The translations under genes were made by a program, and so were the position numbers. From Candidatus Zixiibacteriota bacterium (GTDB lineage: Bacteria; Zixibacteria; MSB-5A5; GN15; FEB-12), in contig JAOUEU010000001.1 in the NCBI GenBank assembly GCA_029858555.1, forward strand, positions 1 through 49,228: a stretch of 49,228 nt of DNA, given 5' to 3'. Positions 29,442-39,480 of this stretch are shown here, piece by piece; position 1 is the first letter of the stretch, and each line of letters begins with the position of its first letter. Below the pieces are notes generated by a model, which saw only the letters and a list, made by a program, of their open reading frames with translations, was not told where the DNA came from and searched no databases.

Positions 29442-31360
29442 GTTGCCGCGTTGTCATTGCCGCTGTCTTTCTGATGGGCCTGGGCCTGGCGGCGGCCGCT
29501 TCGGCGACCGACAGAGTGCAACTCCGCTGGATACGCAATAAGCCGGTTATCGACTCCATCGTGGTGGAGGGCAATGAATATTTTTCTGCCGGTGAGATCA
29601 AGAAGCGGATGTACTCCAGGAAACGAAATGTCTGGGGCTGGCTCAAAGGTGACCGGCGAACGCGCATTCAGCGCGAAACACTCAGGCGTGATACCCTTGA
29701 AATTAAGTACATGTACTTGACTAAAGGGTTTTTGGGTATTCAGATTCAGGAGAGTTTTGAGATAACCGGCATCGATTCGGCCGCCTTGATCAGGGTGCAG
29801 GTCGATGAAGGTCGACAGTTTCGGTACGGCCGCCGGCAGGTTACAGGTTCCTTTGAAAGGCGGTTCGGTTACAGTCTGAACAAGATTGCGCTGAATCTCA
29901 AGGAGGGCGAGCCCGTTAATCTCTTCGAGGTCCGCGAGGCCGTCTTCGACATGAAAACGATCCTCGCCAACGGCGGTTTCCCGTACGCCAGGGTAACGCA
30001 CCTGGTCGACACATCCGGGGCCGACGGGGCGGCGATTACTTTTGAAATCGACGCCGATTCGCTGGTACATTTTGGTGATATCGCCGTGAAGGGCACTGAG
30101 AATTTTCCGGAATACACCGCGCGCCGGGAACTCAGAATACGCAAGGGGGCGGTTTACCGACGAGACGACATTCTTCGCAGTCAGCGGCGCCTTTTCGAAT
30201 CAGGTTACTTCAGTACCTTTCAGATAAATCAGGCCGATACGCTGACCGACCGCCTGCAGCCGGATTTTGTCCTCCGCGTGCGCGAGCGCAGACCGCTTTA
30301 TGTCTCCTTTGAAACGGGTGCCGCCCAGTCTCAGGAACGTGATCTGGAGTGGAGTTTCTCTCCGGCGTTCGGTAAACGCAATCTGTGGGGCTCACGACGC
30401 CTGGATCTTCTGGCTGACTACTCATTCAGTGTTGGTCGTGATACCCGGCTTTTGACCCACCGGTATCAGGTACGATTCACGGAACCCTGGTTTCTGGGGA
30501 TTCGCATGCCGCTGACACTAAGTGGCGAGTTAAACCCCCGGCTTAAGGATCCGACCCAGAACTTTGATAAACAGTCGTGGGTCGTTGCCGCGGCCACGAC
30601 CAAACGGTTCGGAATCTACATAAAAGCCAATCTCGGTTTCGAATATCAGTCGGTCGAGATAAGCGGTGTGCCGGAAGACCAGATCCCGCTGATCAAAAGC
30701 CAGGAAGGTATATCGGCCCGTCGCAAACTCTACTTCAATATCCGGCGCGACAGCCGCGAAGACCTCTTCATTCCCCGGTCGGGCTCGGTGACCGATTTTT
30801 CCGCCGAGTTTTTCGGCGGTTTCCTGGGCGGCGACGAAAACTTCTTCCGGTTTCAGACCGGCTGGTCCCGCTACCAGATATTCTGGCCCGGCTGGATTGC
30901 GGCGAGCCGTGTCCGGGTCGGCTGGACCGAGGAGTTCGGGGCCTCGGAATTTGTCCCCTCGGACGAGCTGCTTTATATTGGCGGGGCCAACAGTATCCGT
31001 GGTTTTAAGGAAAACACTCTCGGGCCACAACTGCCCGACGGCAGCCCCAAGGGGGCCCGCCTGACCTTGATCTTCAACCAGGAATTCCGCTGGAAGACTC
31101 TCCAGATATTCTCGGTCATTCCTGTTCTGGACGACCTGTTCAGGGCCCTGCCGCTCTGGCAGTCGCTTTTCTTCGACGCCGGTAACGGCTTCGACAGCCG
31201 GGCTGATTTCTCTCTGGAGGACCTGGCCTTCAGCTACGGCACGGGTGTTCAAATCGCCTCCCCGGCCGGGCCGATCCGTCTGGACTACGCCCGGCGTATT
31301 AAGACCGATAAAATCGACTTTGCTTCCCGCTGGCATTTTACTATATTATATGCCTTTTAA
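29438..31360 (+). CDS. Omp85 family outer-membrane protein (TamA/BamA-like, about 3 POTRA domains)
   Basis: POTRA motifs 'IVVEGN', 'IAVKGT', 'RRLFESGYFS'; barrel 'GGANSIRGF', 'SPAGPIRLDYA', terminal F. Confidence 0.9.
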   Translation: MSCRVVIAAVFLMGLGLAAAASATDRVQLRWIRNKPVIDSIVVEGNEYFSAGEIKKRMYSRKRNVWGWLKGDRRTRIQRETLRRDTLEIKYMYLTKGFLGIQIQESFEITGIDSAALIRVQVDEGRQFRYGRRQVTGSFERRFGYSLNKIALNLKEGEPVNLFEVREAVFDMKTILANGGFPYARVTHLVDTSGADGAAITFEIDADSLVHFGDIAVKGTENFPEYTARRELRIRKGAVYRRDDILRSQRRLFESGYFSTFQINQADTLTDRLQPDFVLRVRERRPLYVSFETGAAQSQERDLEWSFSPAFGKRNLWGSRRLDLLADYSFSVGRDTRLLTHRYQVRFTEPWFLGIRMPLTLSGELNPRLKDPTQNFDKQSWVVAAATTKRFGIYIKANLGFEYQSVEISGVPEDQIPLIKSQEGISARRKLYFNIRRDSREDLFIPRSGSVTDFSAEFFGGFLGGDENFFRFQTGWSRYQIFWPGWIAASRVRVGWTEEFGASEFVPSDELLYIGGANSIRGFKENTLGPQLPDGSPKGARLTLIFNQEFRWKTLQIFSVIPVLDDLFRALPLWQSLFFDAGNGFDSRADFSLEDLAFSYGTGVQIASPAGPIRLDYARRIKTDKIDFASRWHFTILYAF

Positions 31361-31445
31361 AGACTGTTCGGCGTGAACAATCGCCGCGCGGTCGTGTTTG
31401 GTATGTAAGACTGGCTGACTGATGAGCCGGCAGGAGACGCCACGA

Positions 31446-32609
31446 ATGGAAAGTGTTTATCTCGATTATAACGCCACCACGCCGATCGACCCGGAAGTGG
31501 TCCAGGCGATGTTACCGTACTTGACCGAAGGTTTTGGCAATGCCAGTTCCGTGCATCAGTACGGTCGGGACGCCAAGGTGGCGCTCGAGAATTCGAGAGA
31601 ACAAATCGCCTCAATAATAAACTGTGAACCGTCCGAACTCTACTTCACGTCGGGCGGAACCGAATCCGACAATATCGCCGTCATCGGAACCGCTTACCAG
31701 CTCAGGAAGAAGAAAAAGCACCTTATTGTCGGCGCCGCCGAACACCATGCCGTTTTGCACCCAGCCGAGCACCTGCACAAGAAGGAAGGCTTCGGCCTGG
31801 ACCTTCTGCCGGTTGACGCTGAAGGTTTTGCCTCCCCCCGGCAGTTGGCCGAGTTGCTGAGAGATGATTCGGCCTTGGTCAGTGTCATGCACGCGAACAA
31901 CGAAACCGGTACGATCGAGGATATCAAGACCCTGGCCGATATCGCGCACCAAAACGGCGTCCTTTTTCACACCGATGCCGTGCAATCCACCGGCAAAATC
32001 AACGTCGATGTAAAAGACCTGGGAGTTGACCTGCTTTCGCTGACGGGTCACAAGATATACGGGCCCAAGGGAGTGGGGGCGCTCGTCGTTCGCCAGGGCG
32101 TCAAGATTGCACCCCTGTTTTTCGGTGGTTCCCATGAGCGGAAACGCCGCCCCGGCACCGAAAACGTCGCCGGTGTGGTCGGTCTGGCCAAAACGCTCGA
32201 AATCGCCGAGAAGCGCCGCGAGGCGGATTTCACAAAGCTCTCCGAGCTGGCCGATTACTTTATCGATTCCGTCAGCCGGCGTATCCCCGATGTTTACTTC
32301 AACGGCTCCCGGCAGCGGCGCATCCCGCAGACGGTGAATCTGTCATTCGAGGGCATCGAAGGCGAGTCTATCGTCCTGTCCCTGGATATGAAAAACATTG
32401 CCGTTTCATCCGGCTCGGCCTGTACTTCCGGTGTGACTGAGCCCTCGCACGTTCTGATGGCGATGGGCAAGCCGGCCGTGGTCAGCCAGGGTGCGGTGCG
32501 TTTTTCGATGGGGCGCTCTACTACGAAAGAAAAGCTGGACTACGTCTTGGCCGAACTGCCGCCGATTATCGAGCGCCTGCGGGACATGTCCCCGGTGTAT
32601 GACCGCTAA
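31446..32609 (+). CDS. iscS: Cysteine desulfurase (IscS/NifS group I)
   Basis: 'YLDYNATTP', 'SGGTESDN', 'HTDAVQ', 'GHKIYGPKG', 'SSGSACTS'. AGGAG RBS before ATG 31446. Confidence 0.93.
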   Translation: MESVYLDYNATTPIDPEVVQAMLPYLTEGFGNASSVHQYGRDAKVALENSREQIASIINCEPSELYFTSGGTESDNIAVIGTAYQLRKKKKHLIVGAAEHHAVLHPAEHLHKKEGFGLDLLPVDAEGFASPRQLAELLRDDSALVSVMHANNETGTIEDIKTLADIAHQNGVLFHTDAVQSTGKINVDVKDLGVDLLSLTGHKIYGPKGVGALVVRQGVKIAPLFFGGSHERKRRPGTENVAGVVGLAKTLEIAEKRREADFTKLSELADYFIDSVSRRIPDVYFNGSRQRRIPQTVNLSFEGIEGESIVLSLDMKNIAVSSGSACTSGVTEPSHVLMAMGKPAVVSQGAVRFSMGRSTTKEKLDYVLAELPPIIERLRDMSPVYDR

Positions 32610-32626
32610 ACGATATATCGTATCTC

Positions 32627-33712
32627 ATGCCTGAAAAAGTCCTCGTTGCCATGTCAGGCGGCGTCGATTCCTCGGTCGCCGCTTTGCTTCTGAAAGAGCA
32701 GGGTTACGATGTCGTCGGAGCCCACATGAAGCTCTGGGACTACGTCGACGTCGGCGGTGACATCTACAAAGACGGCCGCTGCTGCACTATCGATTCCATC
32801 ACCGACTGCCGGATGGTCTGCGATGCCATCGGCGCGCCGTTCTATGTCCTCAACATGTCCGCCAGGTTCTCCGAAAAAGTGATCGAGAATTTCGTCAACG
32901 AGTACAAGTCCGGGCGCACGCCCAACCCCTGCGTCATCTGCAACTCCGATATCAAGTGGGTCGAGTTTCTGCGCAAGGCCGAAGAAATCGGCTGCGACTA
33001 TATCGCCACCGGCCATTATGCTACCATCGAAAAAATGCTCGACGGCAGGTACGGTATCCGCAAGGGGGTCGACGGCACCCGCGACCAAGCCTATGTGCTG
33101 TGGGGTATCTCCCAGAGAGCGCTTTCCAAAACGCTTATGCCGCTGGGGAAGAGGCGCAAAGCCGACGTGCGCGAGATTGCCCGCAGGTATAACCTTCGCA
33201 CCGCCGAAAAAACCGAGTCGCGCGAGATATGCTTTGTGGCTGATGACGACTACCGCCGGTTTCTGCGCGAATACGAAGAAAAGCGCGGGCGCAGTTTCGA
33301 GCCGGGCGATATTGTCCACACCGACGGCACCGTGCTGGGACGGCACCACGGCACCGCCTTTTATACTGTCGGCCAGCGCAAGGGCATGGGCATTGCCCAC
33401 CCGACGCCGCTGTATGTTCAGAAAATCGACACTGAAAAGAATGTCGTCATAGTTGGCGACAACGACACCCTGTTCAGGAACGAGCTGAAGGCTGAATCCG
33501 TCAACTGGGTCGCTATGGCTCCGGCGGAAAAACTGTTTGAGGCCGAGGTCAAGATCCGATATTTACACCAGCCCGCCCCGGCAACCGTTACTCCCTTGAC
33601 CGACGGCACAGTCCACATTATATTCAGGGACAAACAGCGGGCGATAACCCCCGGCCAGTCGGTGGTCTTTTTCGACGGCGACCTTCTACTTGGCGGCGGC
33701 GTAATAGCCTGA
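32627..33712 (+). CDS. mnmA: tRNA-specific 2-thiouridylase
   Basis: 'AMSGGVDSS', 'TPNPCVICN', 'ATGHYA', 'TVGQRKG', 'TPGQ'. Confidence 0.97.
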   Translation: MPEKVLVAMSGGVDSSVAALLLKEQGYDVVGAHMKLWDYVDVGGDIYKDGRCCTIDSITDCRMVCDAIGAPFYVLNMSARFSEKVIENFVNEYKSGRTPNPCVICNSDIKWVEFLRKAEEIGCDYIATGHYATIEKMLDGRYGIRKGVDGTRDQAYVLWGISQRALSKTLMPLGKRRKADVREIARRYNLRTAEKTESREICFVADDDYRRFLREYEEKRGRSFEPGDIVHTDGTVLGRHHGTAFYTVGQRKGMGIAHPTPLYVQKIDTEKNVVIVGDNDTLFRNELKAESVNWVAMAPAEKLFEAEVKIRYLHQPAPATVTPLTDGTVHIIFRDKQRAITPGQSVVFFDGDLLLGGGVIA

Positions 33713-33799
33713 GAGATTAGAGCGCTCATCTCTCATCACCTTCTTCATCCTGGCTCTGCGGCGCAAGTACAAGCGCAAGTCTTTCTGAAGATATAGCAT

Positions 33800-33829
33800 T
33801 TGACAAACCCGCGCGGCTTGCCGTATTTA
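33800..33829 (+). promoter_or_regulatory. Putative sigma70 promoter for the MBL hydrolase
   Basis: Perfect TTGACA at 33800-33805; AT-rich TATTTA at 33824-33829; strong AAGGAGG RBS downstream. Confidence 0.45.
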
Positions 33830-33872
33830 TCTCCAGAGGCTGTCCAACAAGCAATAATCAAGGAGGAGAGAT

Positions 33873-34550
33873 ATGCCGGAAGTCAGATTCCTGGGCCATT
33901 CGTGTGTTACGATAACCGAAGGCGAGCACAAGCTCATAATCGACCCCTTTATAAGCGATAATCCCAAGGCCCCCGTCAAGGCCGACGAAATCGACGTCAA
34001 CTATATCCTTCTGACCCACGGTCACGGCGACCACGTGGGTGATGCCATCGCTATCGCCATACGCACCGGCGCGACGGTTATAGCCAATTTCGAGCTGGCC
34101 AGCCTGGTCGCGAGTGAGGGAGTCGTTATGCACCCGATGCATATTGGCGGCGGACACGACTTCCCGTTCGGGCGGGTGAAACTGACTATCGCCCACCACG
34201 GCGGCGGCTACGGCCCCGATGCTTCCCGCTACACCGGCCCGCCGGTAGGGTTCCTGGTAACAATCGGCGGCAAAGTGATTTATCACCCTGGCGACACCGG
34301 CCTTTTCCTGGACATGAAACTGATCGGCGAGATGAACAAGATTGACCTGGCCTTTCTCCCTATCGGCGACAACTTCACCATGGGCCTCGACGACGCCGTC
34401 AAGGCGGTGGAATTCCTGCAGCCGAAAAAGGTTATCCCGTTTCACTATGATACGTGGGATTTGATCGCCGAAAACCCGGCTAAATTCGCCGACCGCGTCC
34501 AGGGCGCCGAAGTCATTATCCTGAAACCGGGGGAGAGCCTTAAGCTTTAG
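33873..34550 (+). CDS. Metallo-beta-lactamase-fold metal-dependent hydrolase (UPF0173-like)
   Basis: 'FLGHS', 'IDPF', 'THGHGDH', 'YHPGDT', 'LPIGDNFTM', 'PFHYDTW'. Confidence 0.9.
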   Translation: MPEVRFLGHSCVTITEGEHKLIIDPFISDNPKAPVKADEIDVNYILLTHGHGDHVGDAIAIAIRTGATVIANFELASLVASEGVVMHPMHIGGGHDFPFGRVKLTIAHHGGGYGPDASRYTGPPVGFLVTIGGKVIYHPGDTGLFLDMKLIGEMNKIDLAFLPIGDNFTMGLDDAVKAVEFLQPKKVIPFHYDTWDLIAENPAKFADRVQGAEVIILKPGESLKL

Positions 34551-34573
34551 CGACCGGGCCGAAAGGCGTTCGG

Positions 34574-34600
34574 AAAGGCGGGTTGCGCCCCGCCTTTTTT
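34574..34600 (+). terminator. Rho-independent terminator
   Basis: AAAGGCGGG-ttgcgc-CCCGCCTTT followed by TTT, 23 nt after the MBL hydrolase stop. Confidence 0.85.
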
Positions 34601-34720
34601 GGCTGCTGTGCCTGCCTGGAGGGGTACTGCCGCCGTTTTTTGATTGCTTCCGATAGAGGTGGCGTGTAGAATAATTGTACTGTGGAACGGAAGGTGTAAC
34701 ATAAGAAAAGACAGGCGGAA

Positions 34721-37570
34721 ATGAAAAAGTTTGGAAAGATAATCCTCTGGATCGCCGGGATCGTCGTCGTCCTTCTCATACTGGCCGTCATCGGCCTCAA
34801 GTTGTTTTTCCCGGCTGAGAAAGTGCGGGCGCTGGCCATAGAAAAGGGCAGCCAGGCCCTGGGGCGGCAACTTACGGTCGAGGGACTGGATATGTCCTTC
34901 TGGGGCGGCATCGGCGTCGAACTGCAAAATATAACGGTGAGCAACCCTCCGGGATTTGGCGACGAGCCGATGCTGGTGGCTGAGAACCTCGACGTCAAGG
35001 TCCAGATCCTGCCGCTCATTTTCGGCGACATCCGGGTCGACAAGCTGATTGTCAACAAACCCGAGGTTGTGCTGGTAAAGAAGGCCGACGGCACCAACAA
35101 TTACACCTTCGCCGCCGTGGAGGAAAAGGCGCCGCCGGAGCTGGCCGAAAAGACCACCCCGGAGGCCCGTGCGGCCGCCGCCACCGTGGCCTTTGACAAA
35201 CTGGAAGTTAACGACGCTTACCTGAAGTACACCGATGACAGCTCCGGTTTCATGGCCACGATTGTCAACATGGATCTGGCCACATCGCTCAAGATACCCC
35301 GCCGAAATGTCTACGAATCATCGGGGAGGCTCCAGATCGACAGCGTCATGGTCAAGAATGGCATGCCCCTGCCGGCTCTAGCGGTCAGGTTGGAGTACCA
35401 GGCTGAGTACGACCTTGACCGCAGCCGCCTTGATTTGCAGAAAGCCGACCTGCGCTTGAACGGCCTGGATTTCAAGCTCAAGGGTGAAGCCACGCTCCCG
35501 GAGGAGCCGACCGACGGCATGACGGCGCGCGGCAATCTGAAATCGGACAGAGTAACGGTGGCCGACCTGCTCGGCTTTTTCTCCGAGGAGCAGAAGGCCA
35601 TGTTGAAAGACTTCAAGGTGGCCGGCGATTTCGCGCTGGATGTTGACGTCGAGTACACCGAGAAAAAAGAGAAACCGCTGGTGTACTCCGGTACAGCTAT
35701 TATCAGCGATATGAGCCTGTCGAAGAAGGACCTTGAGGGCGAACTGAAACTCAAGAAGGCCCTGGTCGATTTTGAACCGGACAATCTGAGAATGAATCTG
35801 GAAGATGCCACCTTCAACAACGAGCCGCTCAAGGGGCACCTGACGGTAGATAATTTCGACGATCCGCTTGTCAATGGTGAACTGGCCGGCAGCATCAACC
35901 TGGCCTACCTTAAGCCGTTCTTGCCAGCCAAAGACAATCATGATATTTCCGGAGGCACCCGCTTTAACATGAAATTCTCCGGCAAGGCGAGCGATTACAA
36001 AAACCTGCGTTTCTCAGGCGATCTTGTGGTCAAAGACGCGGCCTACAATTCCAATCTGATGCCGGAGCCGGTCGAGGCTTTTTCGCTCGAAGTCTACTTC
36101 GACAACAATGTCGTCAACGTCAGGCAATTCTCCGGCCGCACCAGGTCAGGTCGTCTGGAATTTACGGGTCGCTTCGACAATCTGGTGCCGTATCTTATGG
36201 CGGACTCAATTCAGGCCAGGACAATTCATCCTTCCGTCGACGGTAAACTCAACGGTGATATCAACCTGGCTTTTCTGAATGTGTTTTTACCCGCCAAAGG
36301 CCATCCGGAATTGACCGGACTGGCCACGATGGAACTGAAAGTAAAAGGGAACACCGGCGATTATAGCGGTTTCAAACCGTATGGTACACTGTCCATCACG
36401 GACGCTTCCTACACTGATTCACTGCTGCCGGAGCCTCTCAGGCACTTCGAGGCCAGTATGTCGCTGATCCCCGACACGATCAAGATCGACAAAATGATGG
36501 CGCAGTTTGTCTCCAGTGACGTGACTTTCGCGGGCAACCTATCACACCCGTTTCCTTACCTGCTGCCAATTGAAACGCTGGATCGCAGCAAGATGACGAG
36601 GCCGGTTTTTAATTTCACGCTTACCTCGAAGAGGTTCGATGTCGATAAGCTCTTCCCCGAGGCTGTGCCCGGTGCCGGCACTGAGCAAGCTCCCGCGCTC
36701 TCAGCCGATTCAATTTCCATGGTGATTTTGCCCGATATCGACGGCAACGGCACCTTCACTGTTGATACGATGATCTACAGCCGCGTCGAATTCGACCACA
36801 TCTCCGGCAAAATTAAAATCCGAGACCGCAAGATAGAGTGCTATGACGTCACCGGAAAAGTGTACAGCGGGAGCGTCTCGGGCAATACCACGATCGACCT
36901 GACCAGCTTCGAGAACCCCCGTTACACAGGCACTTTCCAGGCGTCACAGGTGGAGGCGGATGATTTTGTCTCGCGATTTTCCAAGTTCGGCGGCTATCTT
37001 TTTGGGAAGATCGATCTGAATGGGAATTACAATGCCCAGGGCTGGGAAGCTGAGGACTTTCTGAACTCGCTGACCATGAACGGCACTTCCTCGATGAAAA
37101 GCGGCAAGCTGGTGACTTCGGGAGCCCTGTACTCAGCCATCAATAAAGTGGCCGGAGCGGCCGGCCAATCGTTTGAAAAGGAGCAGGCTCTCAGGGAGTT
37201 AATGTCCAACATTGAGGTCAGGGACGGCAAGGTCAAACTGGATAAGCTCAATACCAGTCTCGGCAAAGTCGGCGATGTCGACCTGAACGGGTACTACTCC
37301 TTCAGCGGGCAACTGGATTACGAGGGCTCGATACTCTTGTCGCAGGAGTGGTCTCAGGATTTGCTTTCCAAGGGCGGACTCGTCGGCGGTTTGGCCGGAA
37401 TCCTGTCTGATAAAAGCGTCAAACGCGTGAAGCTGCCGCTTTCGATTGGCGGCACGACGGATAATCCCAAAGTGGAAATCGACTACTCCTCTATATTGGA
37501 GAGCGCTAAAAACGACCTGATCGAAGAGAAGGGCAAGGACCTTCTAAAAGACCTGTTCAAAAAGAAGTAG
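34721..37570 (+). CDS. AsmA-family protein
   Basis: N-terminal TM, 'ALGRQLTV...VELQNITVSNPPGF', 'LPLIFGDIRVDKL', C-terminal 'LPLSIGGTTDNPKV'. Confidence 0.85.
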   Translation: MKKFGKIILWIAGIVVVLLILAVIGLKLFFPAEKVRALAIEKGSQALGRQLTVEGLDMSFWGGIGVELQNITVSNPPGFGDEPMLVAENLDVKVQILPLIFGDIRVDKLIVNKPEVVLVKKADGTNNYTFAAVEEKAPPELAEKTTPEARAAAATVAFDKLEVNDAYLKYTDDSSGFMATIVNMDLATSLKIPRRNVYESSGRLQIDSVMVKNGMPLPALAVRLEYQAEYDLDRSRLDLQKADLRLNGLDFKLKGEATLPEEPTDGMTARGNLKSDRVTVADLLGFFSEEQKAMLKDFKVAGDFALDVDVEYTEKKEKPLVYSGTAIISDMSLSKKDLEGELKLKKALVDFEPDNLRMNLEDATFNNEPLKGHLTVDNFDDPLVNGELAGSINLAYLKPFLPAKDNHDISGGTRFNMKFSGKASDYKNLRFSGDLVVKDAAYNSNLMPEPVEAFSLEVYFDNNVVNVRQFSGRTRSGRLEFTGRFDNLVPYLMADSIQARTIHPSVDGKLNGDINLAFLNVFLPAKGHPELTGLATMELKVKGNTGDYSGFKPYGTLSITDASYTDSLLPEPLRHFEASMSLIPDTIKIDKMMAQFVSSDVTFAGNLSHPFPYLLPIETLDRSKMTRPVFNFTLTSKRFDVDKLFPEAVPGAGTEQAPALSADSISMVILPDIDGNGTFTVDTMIYSRVEFDHISGKIKIRDRKIECYDVTGKVYSGSVSGNTTIDLTSFENPRYTGTFQASQVEADDFVSRFSKFGGYLFGKIDLNGNYNAQGWEAEDFLNSLTMNGTSSMKSGKLVTSGALYSAINKVAGAAGQSFEKEQALRELMSNIEVRDGKVKLDKLNTSLGKVGDVDLNGYYSFSGQLDYEGSILLSQEWSQDLLSKGGLVGGLAGILSDKSVKRVKLPLSIGGTTDNPKVEIDYSSILESAKNDLIEEKGKDLLKDLFKKK

Positions 37571-37622
37571 GCTTAACCCATCCGCACGGAGTGATACCCG
37601 CAGTGGTACAGCGCCAGGTGAA

Positions 37623-39479
37623 ATGTCCTGTTCTGCACTAAAAACAACCATCTTCACAATTTTTCTGCCGTTGATAACGACCGGCGCTCAGTTGCATCAG
37701 GATCGGCATCTCGCTCCGCCACCAAACGTTCCGAAAGCAAGCTACAATATCAGGGCGACCATAGACGCCACGAACCTCGCGATCACGGGCGAACTGGATT
37801 TGGATTTCCGCAACGCCTCTCCGGATACTCTCGACGAAATCTGGCTGCAAGTCCCGGTAAACCACGACAGACCGGTGTCGTTTCCCTTCGAGACGATCGC
37901 AAACGGACCTTATTGCCGGATAGACTCAATTCTTTACCGGGGAGTGCCGCTCAAGGCTGATGAAGTAGACATTGATGCGGACCTGGTCAAAATAGCCTTG
38001 CCACAGCCGCTGGCACCGGATGAGCGAGCGTCTTTTCTGATATCCTTTGAGTCACGGATGAGTCCGGTAACACAGAGCGCCCAATGTACCCATTTGAGCG
38101 GCTGGTACCCGCTGCTGAGCGTGTACAAGAACGGTAAATGGTACTGTAACAGAGATCCCTCCTCAGTTGAGACGGTAGGCGAGTTCGCCGATTACAATGT
38201 CTTGCTTCGCCTTGACTCGGCCTATACTCTCGCCGCCGCCGGGAGACTGCTAAACGACAGGGAACATCTTGGTTTTCTGCCGAAGCCGGCGGCGGACACG
38301 GTCTTTACGGACGTTGCCAACCCCGACGGGCAACTCTCCACCGAGTACCGGGCCAGCCCAGTGATACGGGACGGCCGCAAGACGTTTGTCATCCGCGCCG
38401 CCAGCAGCCCCGGCTTTTCCCTGGTTATCGCCCCTGACTTGATTCGCGACCGCGCTTACCTGGGTACGCGCATGGTGGAGGTGTGTTACGACGCCGAGGT
38501 CGCCCCTCTCTGGAAGGGATTTGTCGCCCGGACAGCGGCTCAGGTTATTCGACATCTGGAACAAGTAATCGGCAAACCACCCGCCGATACCCTGACAATA
38601 GTCGCCGGCAGCCCCCGCTATCCCGTCCAGCAGTCGCGGCATATGATAATCGTACCGCGCGATATTAAGGATCAGAACACCCTCGCGGCGGCTTTGGCGC
38701 TCGAGTTGGCGGCCGCCTGGTTTACGCCAACAGTTCTTACACGGACCGGCGCGATCCAGGCGGACAACCGGGCTCATGCCGTGTACGCCGCGGCGATGAT
38801 TCTCTATAAGATTTATGGCCGCGACGGGTTCGATATGGTCGCGAAGTACCACAAGCGGTTGCCCCGGTTCTCTTACGAAGGACCCGGGGAAAGTGCGAAA
38901 AACACAGCCGCATTCCAAACCAACTACAGCCTCCTTCCGTTACAATTGTATATGCTTCGCTTTGTCATCGGTGAAAAGGATCTGTGGCGTTCCCTCAAAA
39001 AACTGGCGAGCGACTTCCGCTACGCTTACCCGAATGAAAGTGATCTGCCGCGTGTGGTATATGAAACAACAGGTGCGGATTTGGGCTGGTTCTTCGAGCA
39101 ATGGCAGTCGGCTGAGTTTGCCTTTGACCTCGGTATTGACAGGGTGGAGGCCAGGGTAGTCGGGCCGGAACATCTTCTGTGGTACGAAGTGGTGAATGGC
39201 GGCTCGGCACTGTTGCCGGTCGAAGTGGGTTTCGTTCTCTCTACCGCCGACACGGTGTATGATACCTTGAGTTATGACGACCTGAACCGGGGTCCGTCCC
39301 CGGTGGAATTTACGGCCTTATTGCCGTCCCGTCCGCGTGCGGTGATACTCGATCCCAATCATTATTCTCCGGACAACGATCGCAGCAACAACTACCGCTT
39401 CCTGAGACCGCAGAGGTTTCGCTATGCTCCCCCGCGAGGTGTCTTTCCCGGAATCGAGCAGATGGAAAAAAGGAAATAG
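37623..39479 (+). CDS. M1 aminopeptidase-like secreted protein lacking the HEXXH zinc motif
   Basis: M1 N-domain ('YNIRATID...ITGE...FRNASPDTL', 'WYP', 'GEFADYNV') and C-region ('LYMLRFVIGE', 'DLGWFFEQW', 'LDP...PDNDRSNN'); HEXXH position reads 'LELAAAWF'. Confidence 0.75.
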   Translation: MSCSALKTTIFTIFLPLITTGAQLHQDRHLAPPPNVPKASYNIRATIDATNLAITGELDLDFRNASPDTLDEIWLQVPVNHDRPVSFPFETIANGPYCRIDSILYRGVPLKADEVDIDADLVKIALPQPLAPDERASFLISFESRMSPVTQSAQCTHLSGWYPLLSVYKNGKWYCNRDPSSVETVGEFADYNVLLRLDSAYTLAAAGRLLNDREHLGFLPKPAADTVFTDVANPDGQLSTEYRASPVIRDGRKTFVIRAASSPGFSLVIAPDLIRDRAYLGTRMVEVCYDAEVAPLWKGFVARTAAQVIRHLEQVIGKPPADTLTIVAGSPRYPVQQSRHMIIVPRDIKDQNTLAAALALELAAAWFTPTVLTRTGAIQADNRAHAVYAAAMILYKIYGRDGFDMVAKYHKRLPRFSYEGPGESAKNTAAFQTNYSLLPLQLYMLRFVIGEKDLWRSLKKLASDFRYAYPNESDLPRVVYETTGADLGWFFEQWQSAEFAFDLGIDRVEARVVGPEHLLWYEVVNGGSALLPVEVGFVLSTADTVYDTLSYDDLNRGPSPVEFTALLPSRPRAVILDPNHYSPDNDRSNNYRFLRPQRFRYAPPRGVFPGIEQMEKRK

Positions 39480-39480
39480 T

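Noticed and set aside
31446..32609. Cysteine desulfurase as a selenium-delivery partner for the selenoprotein
   Set aside because: It is adjacent to mnmA and is adequately explained as the sulfur donor for tRNA 2-thiolation; nothing links it to Sec.
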